DNA of 64,000 nt, taken from an uncultured Rikenellaceae bacterium. Lineage in GTDB: Bacteria > Bacteroidota > Bacteroidia > Bacteroidales > VadinHA17. The translations under genes and the position numbers were made by a program. The notes under the pieces were generated by a model, which did not search any database, had not been told where the DNA came from, and saw only the letters and a list, made by a program, of their open reading frames with translations. Positions 20,273 to 30,332 of this stretch are shown piece by piece (position 1 is the first letter of the stretch; each line of letters opens with the position of its first letter). The DNA is taken from contig CAZQRQ010000001.1 in assembly GCA_964595725.1 (NCBI GenBank), positions 10,221 through 74,220 of the forward strand. Reading direction: 5' to 3'.

Positions 20273-21745
20273 GTGAATGAGGTAAGAAAACTTGCTGGTC
20301 AGACTATAATATACGGAGTAGGAACAATTATTCCACGATTCCTGAATTATGCCATTCTGACTACTTTTTACACTTATGTTTTTGAGAAGCAACAATATGG
20401 TGTTGTTACTGAATTGTATGCCTGGATGGCTCTTCTTCTTATTGTGCTTACATACGGAATGGAGACCGGGTTTTTCAGATTTTCCCAGAAAAAAGAAGAT
20501 TATGAAAAGGTCTACAGCACTTCGTTGATAAGCCTGTTTACTACTTCCCTGGTATTTATTATCCTGGTAAATATTTTTATAAGGCCGGTGGCCGGATTTC
20601 TCAGGTATTCAAACAACATAGACTATATAAGAATGTTTTCAGCAATTGTGGCCATTGATGCATTCTCTGCGATCCCTTTTGCAAGGCTCCGAAGAGATAA
20701 CAGACCAATAGTTTTCAGTGTAATTAAAATTGCTAACGTCATCATCACGATAGTTGCGGTTGTATTCCTGTTAAAGATAGCACCGGTTATATATAAGAAC
20801 AATACGGGATGGTTTAGAGATGTATATGATCCGGATTATGGAGTCGGATATGTTTTTCTTGCAAACCTTATAGGTAGTTCCGCTACATTGCTGATGCTAA
20901 TTCCTTTTATAATCCGGGTCAGGTTGAAATTTTACAGGGAAACATGGAACAGGATGATTATATATTCCTTCCCATTGCTTCTAGCCGGACTGAGTGGTTC
21001 AATCAATGACGTAATAGACAAAATACTTTTAAGACGACTTACAGGGGAAGAATCGGGTCTGGCTACAGTAGGTGAATATGGAGCAGGATACAAAATAGCC
21101 GTATTGATGGCACTTTTTATCCAGATGTTCCGTTTTGCAGCAGAGCCATTTTTCTTCGAAAGAGCCAGAAGAGAAAATGCAAAGGAGACTTATGTTACAG
21201 TTATGAAGTACTTTGTGATAGTAATGCTAATAATATATATGGTACTTAATCTCTATATATCAGGAATACAATATATTATAGACAAATCATACAGGTCTTC
21301 AATGGTTGTGGTACCTATTGTAAGCATGGCTTATGTTCTTTACGGAGTTTATCTCAATCATAGTATATGGTATAAACTCAATGATCTGACAAGGTTCGGG
21401 GTATACATTACACTAAGCGGGGCGTTTGTTACAATAATTATTAATTTGTTGTTTATACCACAATTCGGATATATGGCCTCAGCATGGGCACATGTAGCCT
21501 CTTATGGCCTGATGATAGTTTTATCGTTCATATTTGCCAGAAAATATTACCGCATTGATTATAAGATTGGAGAGCTTCTTCCCTATTTTTTTATAGCGAT
21601 AAGTTCGGTTATTTTTGCAGCTGTATATAATTACAGGAATATTTGGAGTGAATTAGGTATAAATACGATTCTTCTTGCAGGATTCCTGATATTTGCTCAA
21701 TACAAGGATAAGATATTCAATACATTTTTTAGGGGAAATATTTAA
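20273..21745 (+). CDS. MOP-superfamily polysaccharide/oligosaccharide flippase (Wzx/MurJ-like)
   Basis: 490 aa, about 14 TM, with a typical polysaccharide biosynthesis protein N-terminus. GTG start. Confidence 0.78.
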   Translation: MNEVRKLAGQTIIYGVGTIIPRFLNYAILTTFYTYVFEKQQYGVVTELYAWMALLLIVLTYGMETGFFRFSQKKEDYEKVYSTSLISLFTTSLVFIILVNIFIRPVAGFLRYSNNIDYIRMFSAIVAIDAFSAIPFARLRRDNRPIVFSVIKIANVIITIVAVVFLLKIAPVIYKNNTGWFRDVYDPDYGVGYVFLANLIGSSATLLMLIPFIIRVRLKFYRETWNRMIIYSFPLLLAGLSGSINDVIDKILLRRLTGEESGLATVGEYGAGYKIAVLMALFIQMFRFAAEPFFFERARRENAKETYVTVMKYFVIVMLIIYMVLNLYISGIQYIIDKSYRSSMVVVPIVSMAYVLYGVYLNHSIWYKLNDLTRFGVYITLSGAFVTIIINLLFIPQFGYMASAWAHVASYGLMIVLSFIFARKYYRIDYKIGELLPYFFIAISSVIFAAVYNYRNIWSELGINTILLAGFLIFAQYKDKIFNTFFRGNI

Positions 21746-21903
21746 TGAAAACCAGGATTTTAAGGAAATTAAGTCAGAAATTAGTTGAATATATAAAAAG
21801 ACAATCTGCAGATATGGTTCTCAGGGCAAACTTAGAAAACACATTAATACTGACAGTGGGCGAAAGGATTCTCATTACGATGTTTCGAACATACAGGAAG
21901 AAA

Positions 21904-23640
21904 ATGAATAAGAATAAAATATTAGGATATGTTTTTTCAATAGGAATAATAATTCTTGTTTTCTCAGGTTGTTCCAGGAAGCTGACACCTGCTGTTGCCA
22001 TAGCAGGCAGAAAGGTATCTTATGATACAGCCACATTTGACTATATATATACTGAAGGCCTTAAGCAGAAACTTTTAGGTAATCCGAGTGAAGCTCTGGG
22101 AATGTTTGAACAATGTCTGAAAATTAATCCTGAAAGTGATGCTGTTAATTTTCAGATTGCACAGGTGGCATTACAGGGTGGTGATATTAAAAATGGGAAA
22201 AAATATGCAGAAAAAGCTGTTGAATTGAATGAAAGAAACGTGTGGTATCTTACATTGTTGGGAAATATTTATGTTCGGCAGAATAATCTGGACAGCGCTG
22301 CATTATATTATGAAAAAGCGGTAAAATATTTTCCAGCAAAGGAGAACCTGAAAATAAATCTTGGAAATATATATACTGAAAAAGGAAGCTACAGGAAGGC
22401 CAATGAAATATATTCGTACCTGGAACAAAAGTATGGAGAAAGCAATGATCTGGGGTTGTACATTGTCAGGAATCTTGTAAATGAAGGGGAATATAAAGCT
22501 GCTGAAGAGAAAGTTAATAAATTGATAGAGGATTATCCTGAAGAACTGATATATAATGGGTTACTTGCAGAAATTTACAGGAAGGAGGGTAGAAAGGAAA
22601 AGGCGGCAGAGGTATATCAGAAACTGATAGAAGATGAGCCAGATAATCCCCAGACGCTGTTCTCATTAATAGATTTTCTAAGAACTGAAAATGAATACGA
22701 GGAATTTTTTGGTCTTCTTAATAACGTTATTCTGAATGAAAATATTTCCAGAGAAGACAAACTTTCGCTTTTTACAGATATTGTTGGGGATGACACACTC
22801 ATTAAATACCATGGTAGAGAACTGGAAATGACTTTATTAATATTTGAGTCTAGATATAGTGGTGACGATATTATAAGCCTGCTGAGGCCTGAATTGTATC
22901 TTAAACAGGGAAAACAAAATGAAGCTGTTGAAAGGTTAAATGAATTAATAAAAGAAAAGCCCGGTAATTATTATGCGTGGGAAAAACTGTTATTAACATA
23001 TTCTGATATTGGTGATTATGACAACCTGTTTATTAAGGGTAAGGAGTGTGCAACGAGGTTCAATATGTCATATCTGGCCAAGATTCTATATGCAAGCGCG
23101 GCAATGGAGAAGAAGGAAAATGACATTGCTCTGGAAGAACTAAGGAAAGCTAAAATACTCGCCGGAAATCAAAATGAGCTGATTGTGCAGGTTCTTACAA
23201 TGGAGGCAGATGTTTATTACCGGAAGAAAAACTTCCAAAAAGCGTTTGAGACTTTCAGCGAAGCTTTAAAGATGAATCCGGATGACCTGATCGTACTTAA
23301 TAATTATGCCTATTATCTTGCTGAGCAGGACATGAATTTAAAGCAAGCTGAGGAGATGGCAAAGTTTGTTATAGACAGGGAAAAGGAAAATACAACATAC
23401 CTTGATACTTATGCCTGGATTCTATATAAGAGGGGAAAGAAGAAAGAGGCTGCAAGGATTATGGAAAGTATTATTTTAAATAATAAGGAAGAGGATCCTG
23501 AATGGCTTGAGCATTACGGATATATTTTACAGAGCCTGGGAAAGTGCAAACAGGCTGTTATATATTGGGAAAAAGCACTTGAAATGGATCCCGGAAAAGA
23601 AGCTTTGAAAAAGGAAATAAAGAATTGTACACGAAAATAA
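21904..23640 (+). CDS. TPR-repeat lipoprotein
   Basis: The internal ATG at 21904 gives MNKNKILGYVFSIGIIILVFSGC (lipobox), followed by multiple TPR units. The track start at 21745 is judged an extension. Confidence 0.8.
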   Translation: MNKNKILGYVFSIGIIILVFSGCSRKLTPAVAIAGRKVSYDTATFDYIYTEGLKQKLLGNPSEALGMFEQCLKINPESDAVNFQIAQVALQGGDIKNGKKYAEKAVELNERNVWYLTLLGNIYVRQNNLDSAALYYEKAVKYFPAKENLKINLGNIYTEKGSYRKANEIYSYLEQKYGESNDLGLYIVRNLVNEGEYKAAEEKVNKLIEDYPEELIYNGLLAEIYRKEGRKEKAAEVYQKLIEDEPDNPQTLFSLIDFLRTENEYEEFFGLLNNVILNENISREDKLSLFTDIVGDDTLIKYHGRELEMTLLIFESRYSGDDIISLLRPELYLKQGKQNEAVERLNELIKEKPGNYYAWEKLLLTYSDIGDYDNLFIKGKECATRFNMSYLAKILYASAAMEKKENDIALEELRKAKILAGNQNELIVQVLTMEADVYYRKKNFQKAFETFSEALKMNPDDLIVLNNYAYYLAEQDMNLKQAEEMAKFVIDREKENTTYLDTYAWILYKRGKKKEAARIMESIILNNKEEDPEWLEHYGYILQSLGKCKQAVIYWEKALEMDPGKEALKKEIKNCTRK

Positions 23641-24386
23641 TCATATTAGTTGTCAGCATTATTGTTCTTTCAGGGTGTGCCGGCTTAAGGGAGACGTCAA
23701 TGAATATTGAAGAAGAGGGAAATATACCTACGGAAAGAACTTTAGGGCAGGTTGAGACAAGAAATCTTACAAACAGCGGGTTCTTTATTCAGAAAGGGCG
23801 GATATCTACGTCCGGAGATGCAGGGCGGATTAATCTGCTGTTCACTATGAAATATGTCAAACCGGATAAATATCTTATTAGCCTAAGAAGTGTAACGGGG
23901 ATAGAAGCATTCAGAGTTTTCATATCAGGAGACACTGTTTTAATTAACGACAGGCTAAATCGGGAATTGCTTTATGGAACGCCATTTGATTTTGAGAGGA
24001 TTACAGGAATTCACCCGGATTTGCTCCGGGTAAGCTTTGGTGACCTGATAACAGAGAACATAAAAATAATAGATAATAACGGGTGTACAGGGAACGAACT
24101 GAACGTTGAAAGTTATTATATGGGCTTATTAATACACAGTATTATTGATTGCAGGCAGGAAAAAGTAAAGTCTGTTATTTTATCGTCCGGTTTTCCGGGA
24201 GAAACAATCACTATAGATTATAGAAAACACAGGTATGATTATTTCAGGATACCACGAAGGGTAGAAATAAACGATTCAAGAAGAAATGTTAAAATAGCGC
24301 TTAAGATTGATAAATATATTTCACCATGGATAGGTGAAATTGAATTCATACCGGGGTCAGGGTATAAAAGAAAAAGTCTGATATGA
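23625..24386 (+). CDS. DUF4292-like (LolB-like) lipoprotein
   Basis: Lipobox IVLSGCAG. Sits in the TPR / DUF4292 / M23 gene order that, from memory, is conserved in Bacteroidota. TTG start overlapping the TPR gene end. Confidence 0.65.
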   Translation: MYTKIIILVVSIIVLSGCAGLRETSMNIEEEGNIPTERTLGQVETRNLTNSGFFIQKGRISTSGDAGRINLLFTMKYVKPDKYLISLRSVTGIEAFRVFISGDTVLINDRLNRELLYGTPFDFERITGIHPDLLRVSFGDLITENIKIIDNNGCTGNELNVESYYMGLLIHSIIDCRQEKVKSVILSSGFPGETITIDYRKHRYDYFRIPRRVEINDSRRNVKIALKIDKYISPWIGEIEFIPGSGYKRKSLI

Positions 24387-25561
24387 GAAAAGCAGCTGTT
24401 ATTTTATTAACACTATTTGTATCGGTACTATATGGACAGTCCAGGAAAGAACTTGAAGAACAGAGAAGTAAAACACTCAAGGAAATAACTTATGTCGACA
24501 ACATGATAAAGGAGACAGAGAAAGCTAAGACTACAGGATTAAGTGATCTAAGAATAATAGCTAACAGATTAACACTCCGGGAAAATGTGATTGCCGGAAT
24601 TGTTGAGGAAATTGAATTATTGAATGATAGAATAAATCTGAACAATCTAGCGATAAGTTTGATGGAAAATGATCTGGAGGCGCTCAGGACTGATTATGCA
24701 AGAGCAATTATTAATTCTTACAAAAGTAAAAAAGGAAATCCTGAAGTTGCATACGTCCTGTCTGCAAGGGATTTTAACCAGGGATACAAAAGACTGAAAT
24801 ATTTGCAGCAGATGACAAAGTTCAGGAGGCATGAGGCGGAAATAATAATTGAAATAAAGGATCAGATAGAAGATACTAAAAGAAGGCTCCAGGTTGACCT
24901 GGATAATGTGAAAGAGCTTAAATCGAGGGAGGATAATCAGAAAAAACTCCTGCAACAGGAACAGGAAAGGAAGCGGAAAATGGTAAATACCCTGAGTTCG
25001 AGGGAAAAGCAGTTAAGAAATGAGCTTGATGAGAAGAAGAGAATAGCTGAAAGAATAGAAAGTGAAATAGCAAAACTGATAGAAGAAGAGAGTAAAAGAT
25101 CCGCAAGTAGTGAGATGACCCCGGAGATGACTCTTATCGGGAACAATTTTGAACAGAATAAGGGCAGGCTTCCATGGCCGGTAGAAAAAGGGGTTATAAC
25201 AAGCCAGTTCGGGGAAAGAGACCACCCGGTACTCGCCTATGTAAAGGAAAACAATCCCGGAATAGAGATTACCTCTATGAATAAAACGATAGTAAGATCA
25301 GTTTTTGACGGTGAGGTTTCAGCAATATTTGCTATTAGAGGCGCAAACACTGTGGTGATTATCAGACACGGAAATTTTCGAACTGTATATCAAAACCTTG
25401 TGAACTTAAAAGTAAAACTGGGTGATATGGTAAAAACGAAGCAGGAAATTGGCGAAGTATACTGTGATAATGAGAACGGATCAAAGTCAATATTAAAATT
25501 TATGGTTTTTGAGGGTATGGATAAGGATGATCCTGAAAAATGGCTGGCAAAAAGACAATAA
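24383..25561 (+). CDS. M23-family peptidase / EnvC-like murein hydrolase activator with coiled coil
   Basis: Signal peptide, a long coiled-coil region, and a C-terminal LytM/M23 domain (LPWPVEKGVITSQFGERDHP...GIEI). ATGA overlap with the upstream gene. Confidence 0.85.
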   Translation: MRKAAVILLTLFVSVLYGQSRKELEEQRSKTLKEITYVDNMIKETEKAKTTGLSDLRIIANRLTLRENVIAGIVEEIELLNDRINLNNLAISLMENDLEALRTDYARAIINSYKSKKGNPEVAYVLSARDFNQGYKRLKYLQQMTKFRRHEAEIIIEIKDQIEDTKRRLQVDLDNVKELKSREDNQKKLLQQEQERKRKMVNTLSSREKQLRNELDEKKRIAERIESEIAKLIEEESKRSASSEMTPEMTLIGNNFEQNKGRLPWPVEKGVITSQFGERDHPVLAYVKENNPGIEITSMNKTIVRSVFDGEVSAIFAIRGANTVVIIRHGNFRTVYQNLVNLKVKLGDMVKTKQEIGEVYCDNENGSKSILKFMVFEGMDKDDPEKWLAKRQ

Positions 25562-25613
25562 TTTTGAAACAAAATTGAAGAAAACAAGTATAAAGGAAAA
25601 TGGTCGATGGCCA

Positions 25614-26018
25614 ATGGAAAGAAATTTTAAAATATTTTCCGAGATCTCAAATCTAAGGGTTATTGAAAAAGCCATCGATGATATATCGGCTGAACTGGAC
25701 ATTAACCCTGAGAATTATGGGAAAATAATGGTTTGTACTATGGAAGCGGTAAATAATGCAATTATCCATGGTAATAAGGCCGATATTTCGAAAACTGTGC
25801 AGGTGGATATCTTCCCGGAACAGGAGGAATTGAAAATATGCGTTGAGGACCAGGGGCCCGGCTTCAGACCTGATATGGTACCGGACCCGACAAAGACAGA
25901 AAACATTGAGAAATTAACTGGCCGTGGCATATACCTTATGTCGCATCTTGCCGACAGGATTGAATTTAATGAAAAAGGGAACAGGGTTACTATGACTTTC
26001 AAATATTTGGCGGTTTGA
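25614..26018 (+). CDS. HATPase_c anti-sigma regulatory factor-type Ser kinase (RsbW/SpoIIAB-like)
   Basis: N-box EAVNNAIIHGN, G1 box EDQGPGF, G2 box GRGIYLM. I placed the start at the internal ATG at 25614; the track start overlaps the M23 gene. Confidence 0.72.
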   Translation: MERNFKIFSEISNLRVIEKAIDDISAELDINPENYGKIMVCTMEAVNNAIIHGNKADISKTVQVDIFPEQEELKICVEDQGPGFRPDMVPDPTKTENIEKLTGRGIYLMSHLADRIEFNEKGNRVTMTFKYLAV

Positions 26019-26434
26019 ATATCCGGGTTTTTTATGACAATGTCAGTTACAGGATTCCCGGCTGGCGCTCAGTGAAAGAATTAATTGAAAAGGTCATTCA
26101 GAATCAAAAAATGATTCCGGGTGACCTTAATTTTATTATAACAAACGACGAATCTTTAAAGGAAATAAACCGGAAATTTCTGAACCATGACTATTATACG
26201 GATGTTATAAGTTTCAGGTACAGCAAAGGAAACATTATTGATGGAGAAGTGTATATAAGCAAGGACACGGTAAAATCAAACGCAAAGAACTATAAAGTTA
26301 GTTATAAAAAAGAAATGTTAAGGGTAATTGTACATGGAATACTTCACTTATGCGGATTTGATGACAAGACTAAATTTCAGAAGCAGAGAATGAGAAAAAT
26401 GGAGGATTACTGGCTGAATGAATATTTAAGATAA
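26015..26434 (+). CDS. ybeY: rRNA maturation endoribonuclease YbeY
   Basis: The metal-binding motif HGILHLCGFDD matches the YbeY HGxLHLxGYDH signature. TTG start overlapping the upstream stop (TTGA). Confidence 0.9.
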   Translation: MNIRVFYDNVSYRIPGWRSVKELIEKVIQNQKMIPGDLNFIITNDESLKEINRKFLNHDYYTDVISFRYSKGNIIDGEVYISKDTVKSNAKNYKVSYKKEMLRVIVHGILHLCGFDDKTKFQKQRMRKMEDYWLNEYLR

Positions 26435-26439
26435 TAGAG

Positions 26440-28314
26440 GTGGATTTCAATTACGATATTATAATTGTAGGAGGTGGTCATGCAGGATGTGAAGCAGCCC
26501 ATATAGCTGCAGTAATGGGAGCAAAGACATTGCTGATAACCATGGATATGACAAAACTGGCGCAGATGTCATGTAATCCTGCTATGGGTGGAATTGCAAA
26601 AGGGCAAATTATAAGAGAGATTGATGCACTAGGTGGGGCCAGTGGTATTGTTACTGACAGGAGCATGATACAGTTCAGAATGTTGAACAGGTCGAAAGGA
26701 CCGGCTATGTGGAGTCCCAGGGCGCAATGTGACAGGCAATTGTTTACAAGAGAGTGGAGAAAAGTACTGGAAAATACGGATAATCTTCACATATGGCAGG
26801 AACAAGCGACACAGCTGATAATGGATAAAGAAACAGTTAAAGGAGTGGAAACTTCTTTCGGCACTAAGTTTTATTCTTCATCGGTTATCCTTACAAACGG
26901 AACTTTTTTGAACGGACTTATGCATGTGGGTTTCAGAAATATTACCGGAGGCAGATCAGGAGACCCTGCTTCTGCCGGATTAAGTGATCAACTTGAAAAG
27001 CTTGGGATGAAGGTGGAAAGAATGAAAACGGGAACAAGTGCCAGGCTTGACGGAAGGACTATTGACTTTTCGAAGATGATCGAGCAGAAGGGCGAAGGTG
27101 AAAGAAGGGCTTTTTCATATCTGCATGACAGGATAAATATAGAAGAGGAAAAAAGCTGTTTTATAACACATACAAACGAAGATGTCCATGAAGAGCTGAG
27201 AAAGGGACTTGAATTCAGTCCGCTCTTTAAAGGGATAATAAAGGGAAGGGGACCAAGATATTGTCCCAGCATAGAAGATAAGATTGTAACATTTAAGGAA
27301 AAGGGGGCACACCTGCTCTTTATAGAGCCTGAAGGATGGGATACGACGGAATATTACATTAATGGTTTTGCAAGCAGCCTTCCACTCGATGTTCAACTTA
27401 AGGCATTAAGAAAAATACAAGGACTGGAAAATGTAGAAATATTCAGGCCGGGATATGCTATAGAATATGATTTCTTTCAACCGACACAGTTATATCATAC
27501 TCTTGAAACCAGGAAGATAAGAAATCTTTATTTTGCGGGACAGATTAACGGTACAACCGGGTATGAAGAGGCAGGTGCACAGGGCTTGATGGCTGGAATA
27601 AATGCAGTATTGAATTTGAGGAAAGAAAAAAGGTTTGTACTTGGAAGGGAGGAAGCATACATTGGTGTGCTTATAGATGACCTTGTAACAAAGGGAGTAG
27701 ATGAACCATACAGGATGTTTACATCCAGAGCTGAATACAGGATTCTTCTAAGGCAGGATAATGCTGATGAAAGGCTTACAACAAGGGGTAGTGAATTAGG
27801 AACTGTAGAAAAAGAGAGAATAATAAGACTTGAGGAAAAAGTTAATAAAACAGGAAAAATTGTAAATATCCTTAAAGAAAAAAGCCTAGAACCAGAAAGG
27901 ATAAATGAGTATTTAAAAAGGAAAGGCACAAGTCCGTTAAGTCAGAAAACAAAAGCCATTAATATAGCAGCACGACCACAGGTTCATTTAAAGGAGTTCC
28001 TTGAGAATATAGAGAATGAAGAATTAAAGGAAGTAATGAAATCTGAAAGGATTGATGAAATAATTGAATCTGCAGAGATAAAAATTAAATATGAGGGATA
28101 TATTCAAAGAGAAAAAATTGTAGCAGATAAGATAAAAAGGCTTGAAGAATTAAAACTTCCTGCAGATATAAATTACAGAGAGCTGATGTCAATATCAACA
28201 GAAGGCAGACAGAAACTTGATAGAATTAAACCCGATAACATCGGACATGCTTCCAGGATAAGTGGTGTTTCTCCATCAGATATAAATATTCTTTTAATGT
28301 ATCTTGGAAGATAA
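26440..28314 (+). CDS. mnmG: tRNA uridine 5-carboxymethylaminomethyl modification enzyme MnmG (GidA)
   Basis: FAD motif DIIIVGGGHAGCEAA, GPRYCPSIEDK and FFAGQINGTTGYEEAAAQG-type motifs. 624 aa. Confidence 0.95.
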   Translation: MDFNYDIIIVGGGHAGCEAAHIAAVMGAKTLLITMDMTKLAQMSCNPAMGGIAKGQIIREIDALGGASGIVTDRSMIQFRMLNRSKGPAMWSPRAQCDRQLFTREWRKVLENTDNLHIWQEQATQLIMDKETVKGVETSFGTKFYSSSVILTNGTFLNGLMHVGFRNITGGRSGDPASAGLSDQLEKLGMKVERMKTGTSARLDGRTIDFSKMIEQKGEGERRAFSYLHDRINIEEEKSCFITHTNEDVHEELRKGLEFSPLFKGIIKGRGPRYCPSIEDKIVTFKEKGAHLLFIEPEGWDTTEYYINGFASSLPLDVQLKALRKIQGLENVEIFRPGYAIEYDFFQPTQLYHTLETRKIRNLYFAGQINGTTGYEEAGAQGLMAGINAVLNLRKEKRFVLGREEAYIGVLIDDLVTKGVDEPYRMFTSRAEYRILLRQDNADERLTTRGSELGTVEKERIIRLEEKVNKTGKIVNILKEKSLEPERINEYLKRKGTSPLSQKTKAINIAARPQVHLKEFLENIENEELKEVMKSERIDEIIESAEIKIKYEGYIQREKIVADKIKRLEELKLPADINYRELMSISTEGRQKLDRIKPDNIGHASRISGVSPSDINILLMYLGR

Positions 28315-28316
28315 AA

Positions 28317-28332
28317 CGTTCCACGTGGAACA
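28317..28332. other. parS centromere-like ParB binding site (site 1)
   Basis: CGTTCCACGTGGAACA begins 3 nt after the mnmG stop. It is a 14-bp perfect palindrome and a 15/16 match to the symmetric parS form TGTTCCACGTGGAACA. Confidence 0.7.
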
Positions 28333-28358
28333 CTTTTAATTTATTTCAAAAAATAATT

Positions 28359-29975
28359 ATGATTGTTTCAGGAAAACTACTGGATATTCATACTAGAGAG
28401 GTGTATCCGGCTTCTGTATGCTTGAAGGATGGCCATATAGAAAAGATTGAAAAAACGAAAAAATGTGATGATATATTCATACTGCCAGGACTTATAGATT
28501 CACATGTGCATATAGAAAGTTCAATGCTGACCCCAGCAGAGTTTGCACGCATAGCCGTAACGCATGGAACTATTGGAGCTGTTTCAGATCCGCATGAAAT
28601 TGCAAATGTATTGGGTGTGAAAGGAATCGATTTTATGATTGAAAACGGGAAAGCAACTCCTTTTTATTTCTGGTTTGGAGCACCCTCCTGCGTGCCTGCA
28701 ACAGATCTCGAATCGGGTGGAGCGGTTTTAGGTGTGAAGGAAGTGAAACAGCTTCTTGAAAGAGACGAGATAAGATATTTGTCAGAGATGATGAATTATC
28801 CGGGAGTAATTAAACGAGACGCTGGGGTAATGAATAAAATAAAGGAAGCTTTAAGCAGGGGGAAACCAGTGGATGGACATGCGCCTGGACTTAAAGGCGA
28901 TGAATTGAAGAAGTACATTATGGCTGGTATTTCTACAGACCATGAGTGCAGCAGCATCGACGAAGCCATTGAAAAAATAGAACTTGGAATGAAAGTGATA
29001 ATCAGGGAAGGAAGTGCTGCCAGAAACCTTGAAGCGCTAAAAGAATTGTTTAACGTAAATCCTGGAATGCTGATGCTTTGCAGTGATGATATACACCCGG
29101 AAATGCTAATGGACAGGCATATAAATAAGCTGGTTTCTTTACTGGTGACACAAGGATATGATCTTTTCGATGTTTTTAGGGCGTGTACAATAAATCCAGT
29201 GCTTCATTATGGCCTGGATTGCGGATTACTTCGAGAGGGAGATCCAGCCGACTTTATAATCGTTGATGAAATATCAGAAATGAATGTACTGGAGACATGG
29301 ATTAAGGGAAAAAGGATTTTTGGAAATGGACTTACGGGTTTTCCTGCTCCCGAATGCAATAAGATTAACCGGTTTAATAGTGAAGAGATAGGGATGAATG
29401 ATATCGTAGTTGATCCTGTTTCAAAAAAAATACAGGTGATAGAAGCTCTGGACGGAGAACTCCTCACCAGAGCTTCTACAGAGACAATTTCAGGAAAAAA
29501 GCCACTAGCTTCAGATACTGGGAGAGACAGACTAAAAATTATTGTAAAAGACCGCTATAATAATTCCCCTCCGGCAATCGGTTTTATAAGGGGCTTCGGA
29601 CTGAAAAGAGGTGCTTTTGCAAGTTCAGTAGCACATGACAGCCATAACATAATTGCAGTAGGAGCCAATGATTCTGATATAGTTACAGCAGTTAATGAAA
29701 TCGTCAGAATGATGGGAGGCCTATCGTTTGCCGATGGTAATTTTATAAAAACCATGAAGCTTGATATAGGTGGTATTATGGCAAACCGCCCCTGTTTGGA
29801 GGTGGCTGAGAAGTACCAGGAATTATCTGACCTGGTGAAATCGGCAGGAAGCAGGCTGACTGCTCCTTATATGACACTATCTTTCATGGCTTTACTGGTA
29901 ATACCTGAACTTAAAATAAGCGATCGCGGATTATTCGACGGTAATAAATTTGATTATACCGGACTTTTTATCTGA
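28359..29975 (+). CDS. ade: Adenine deaminase
   Basis: PGLIDSHVHIESSML and amidohydrolase metal-ligand motifs. 538 aa, typical of Ade. Confidence 0.88.
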   Translation: MIVSGKLLDIHTREVYPASVCLKDGHIEKIEKTKKCDDIFILPGLIDSHVHIESSMLTPAEFARIAVTHGTIGAVSDPHEIANVLGVKGIDFMIENGKATPFYFWFGAPSCVPATDLESGGAVLGVKEVKQLLERDEIRYLSEMMNYPGVIKRDAGVMNKIKEALSRGKPVDGHAPGLKGDELKKYIMAGISTDHECSSIDEAIEKIELGMKVIIREGSAARNLEALKELFNVNPGMLMLCSDDIHPEMLMDRHINKLVSLLVTQGYDLFDVFRACTINPVLHYGLDCGLLREGDPADFIIVDEISEMNVLETWIKGKRIFGNGLTGFPAPECNKINRFNSEEIGMNDIVVDPVSKKIQVIEALDGELLTRASTETISGKKPLASDTGRDRLKIIVKDRYNNSPPAIGFIRGFGLKRGAFASSVAHDSHNIIAVGANDSDIVTAVNEIVRMMGGLSFADGNFIKTMKLDIGGIMANRPCLEVAEKYQELSDLVKSAGSRLTAPYMTLSFMALLVIPELKISDRGLFDGNKFDYTGLFI

Positions 29976-30332
29976 AGCCTGGTAACAGGCAATATTTTTC
30001 TGTTTCTCTTTCTGCTCTCGATAAATATGTATTTCTTCTCAATTAATGGAATGCCTTTACATATTGAATTTTGGACATAACACCAGTAATATTCCGAATG
30101 CATTACACCATATACTGACCGGGAATGAAAGGGGGTAATTTCATAAAGTGAATGATTGAATTTGTTACCAGAATTAGAAAGTATAGCTTGAATATCAGTA
30201 CTTTGAGTTAAGCCGTCCACCCCTGCTTATTCGCATTATCAAAGTCTGTCAATCCGCAGAAAGGTGGGAGAAAACAATTGTATCATTCTTTCTTTTCCAT
30301 GTGCTATCTTTACTCCCGAATTATTTTATACG

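Noticed and set aside
20120-20395. N-terminal extensions in the ORF track: 19310-20395, 21745-21903, 25509-25613, 30264-30332.
   Set aside because: Internal ATGs give canonical lipoprotein signals or conserved N-termini (MNRFRLF...GC, MNKNKIL...GC, MERNF..., MAINPKS...GIY-YIG). Using them also removes overlaps with neighbouring genes.
29954-30220. 88-aa minus-strand ORF in the 357-bp ade-uvrC gap.
   Set aside because: It has no signal peptide, motif or recognisable family. It overlaps the ade 3' end and lies opposite to the flow of the flanking genes. I left it unannotated; it could be a gene remnant. No tRNA-like or known ncRNA signature was seen in the gap either.
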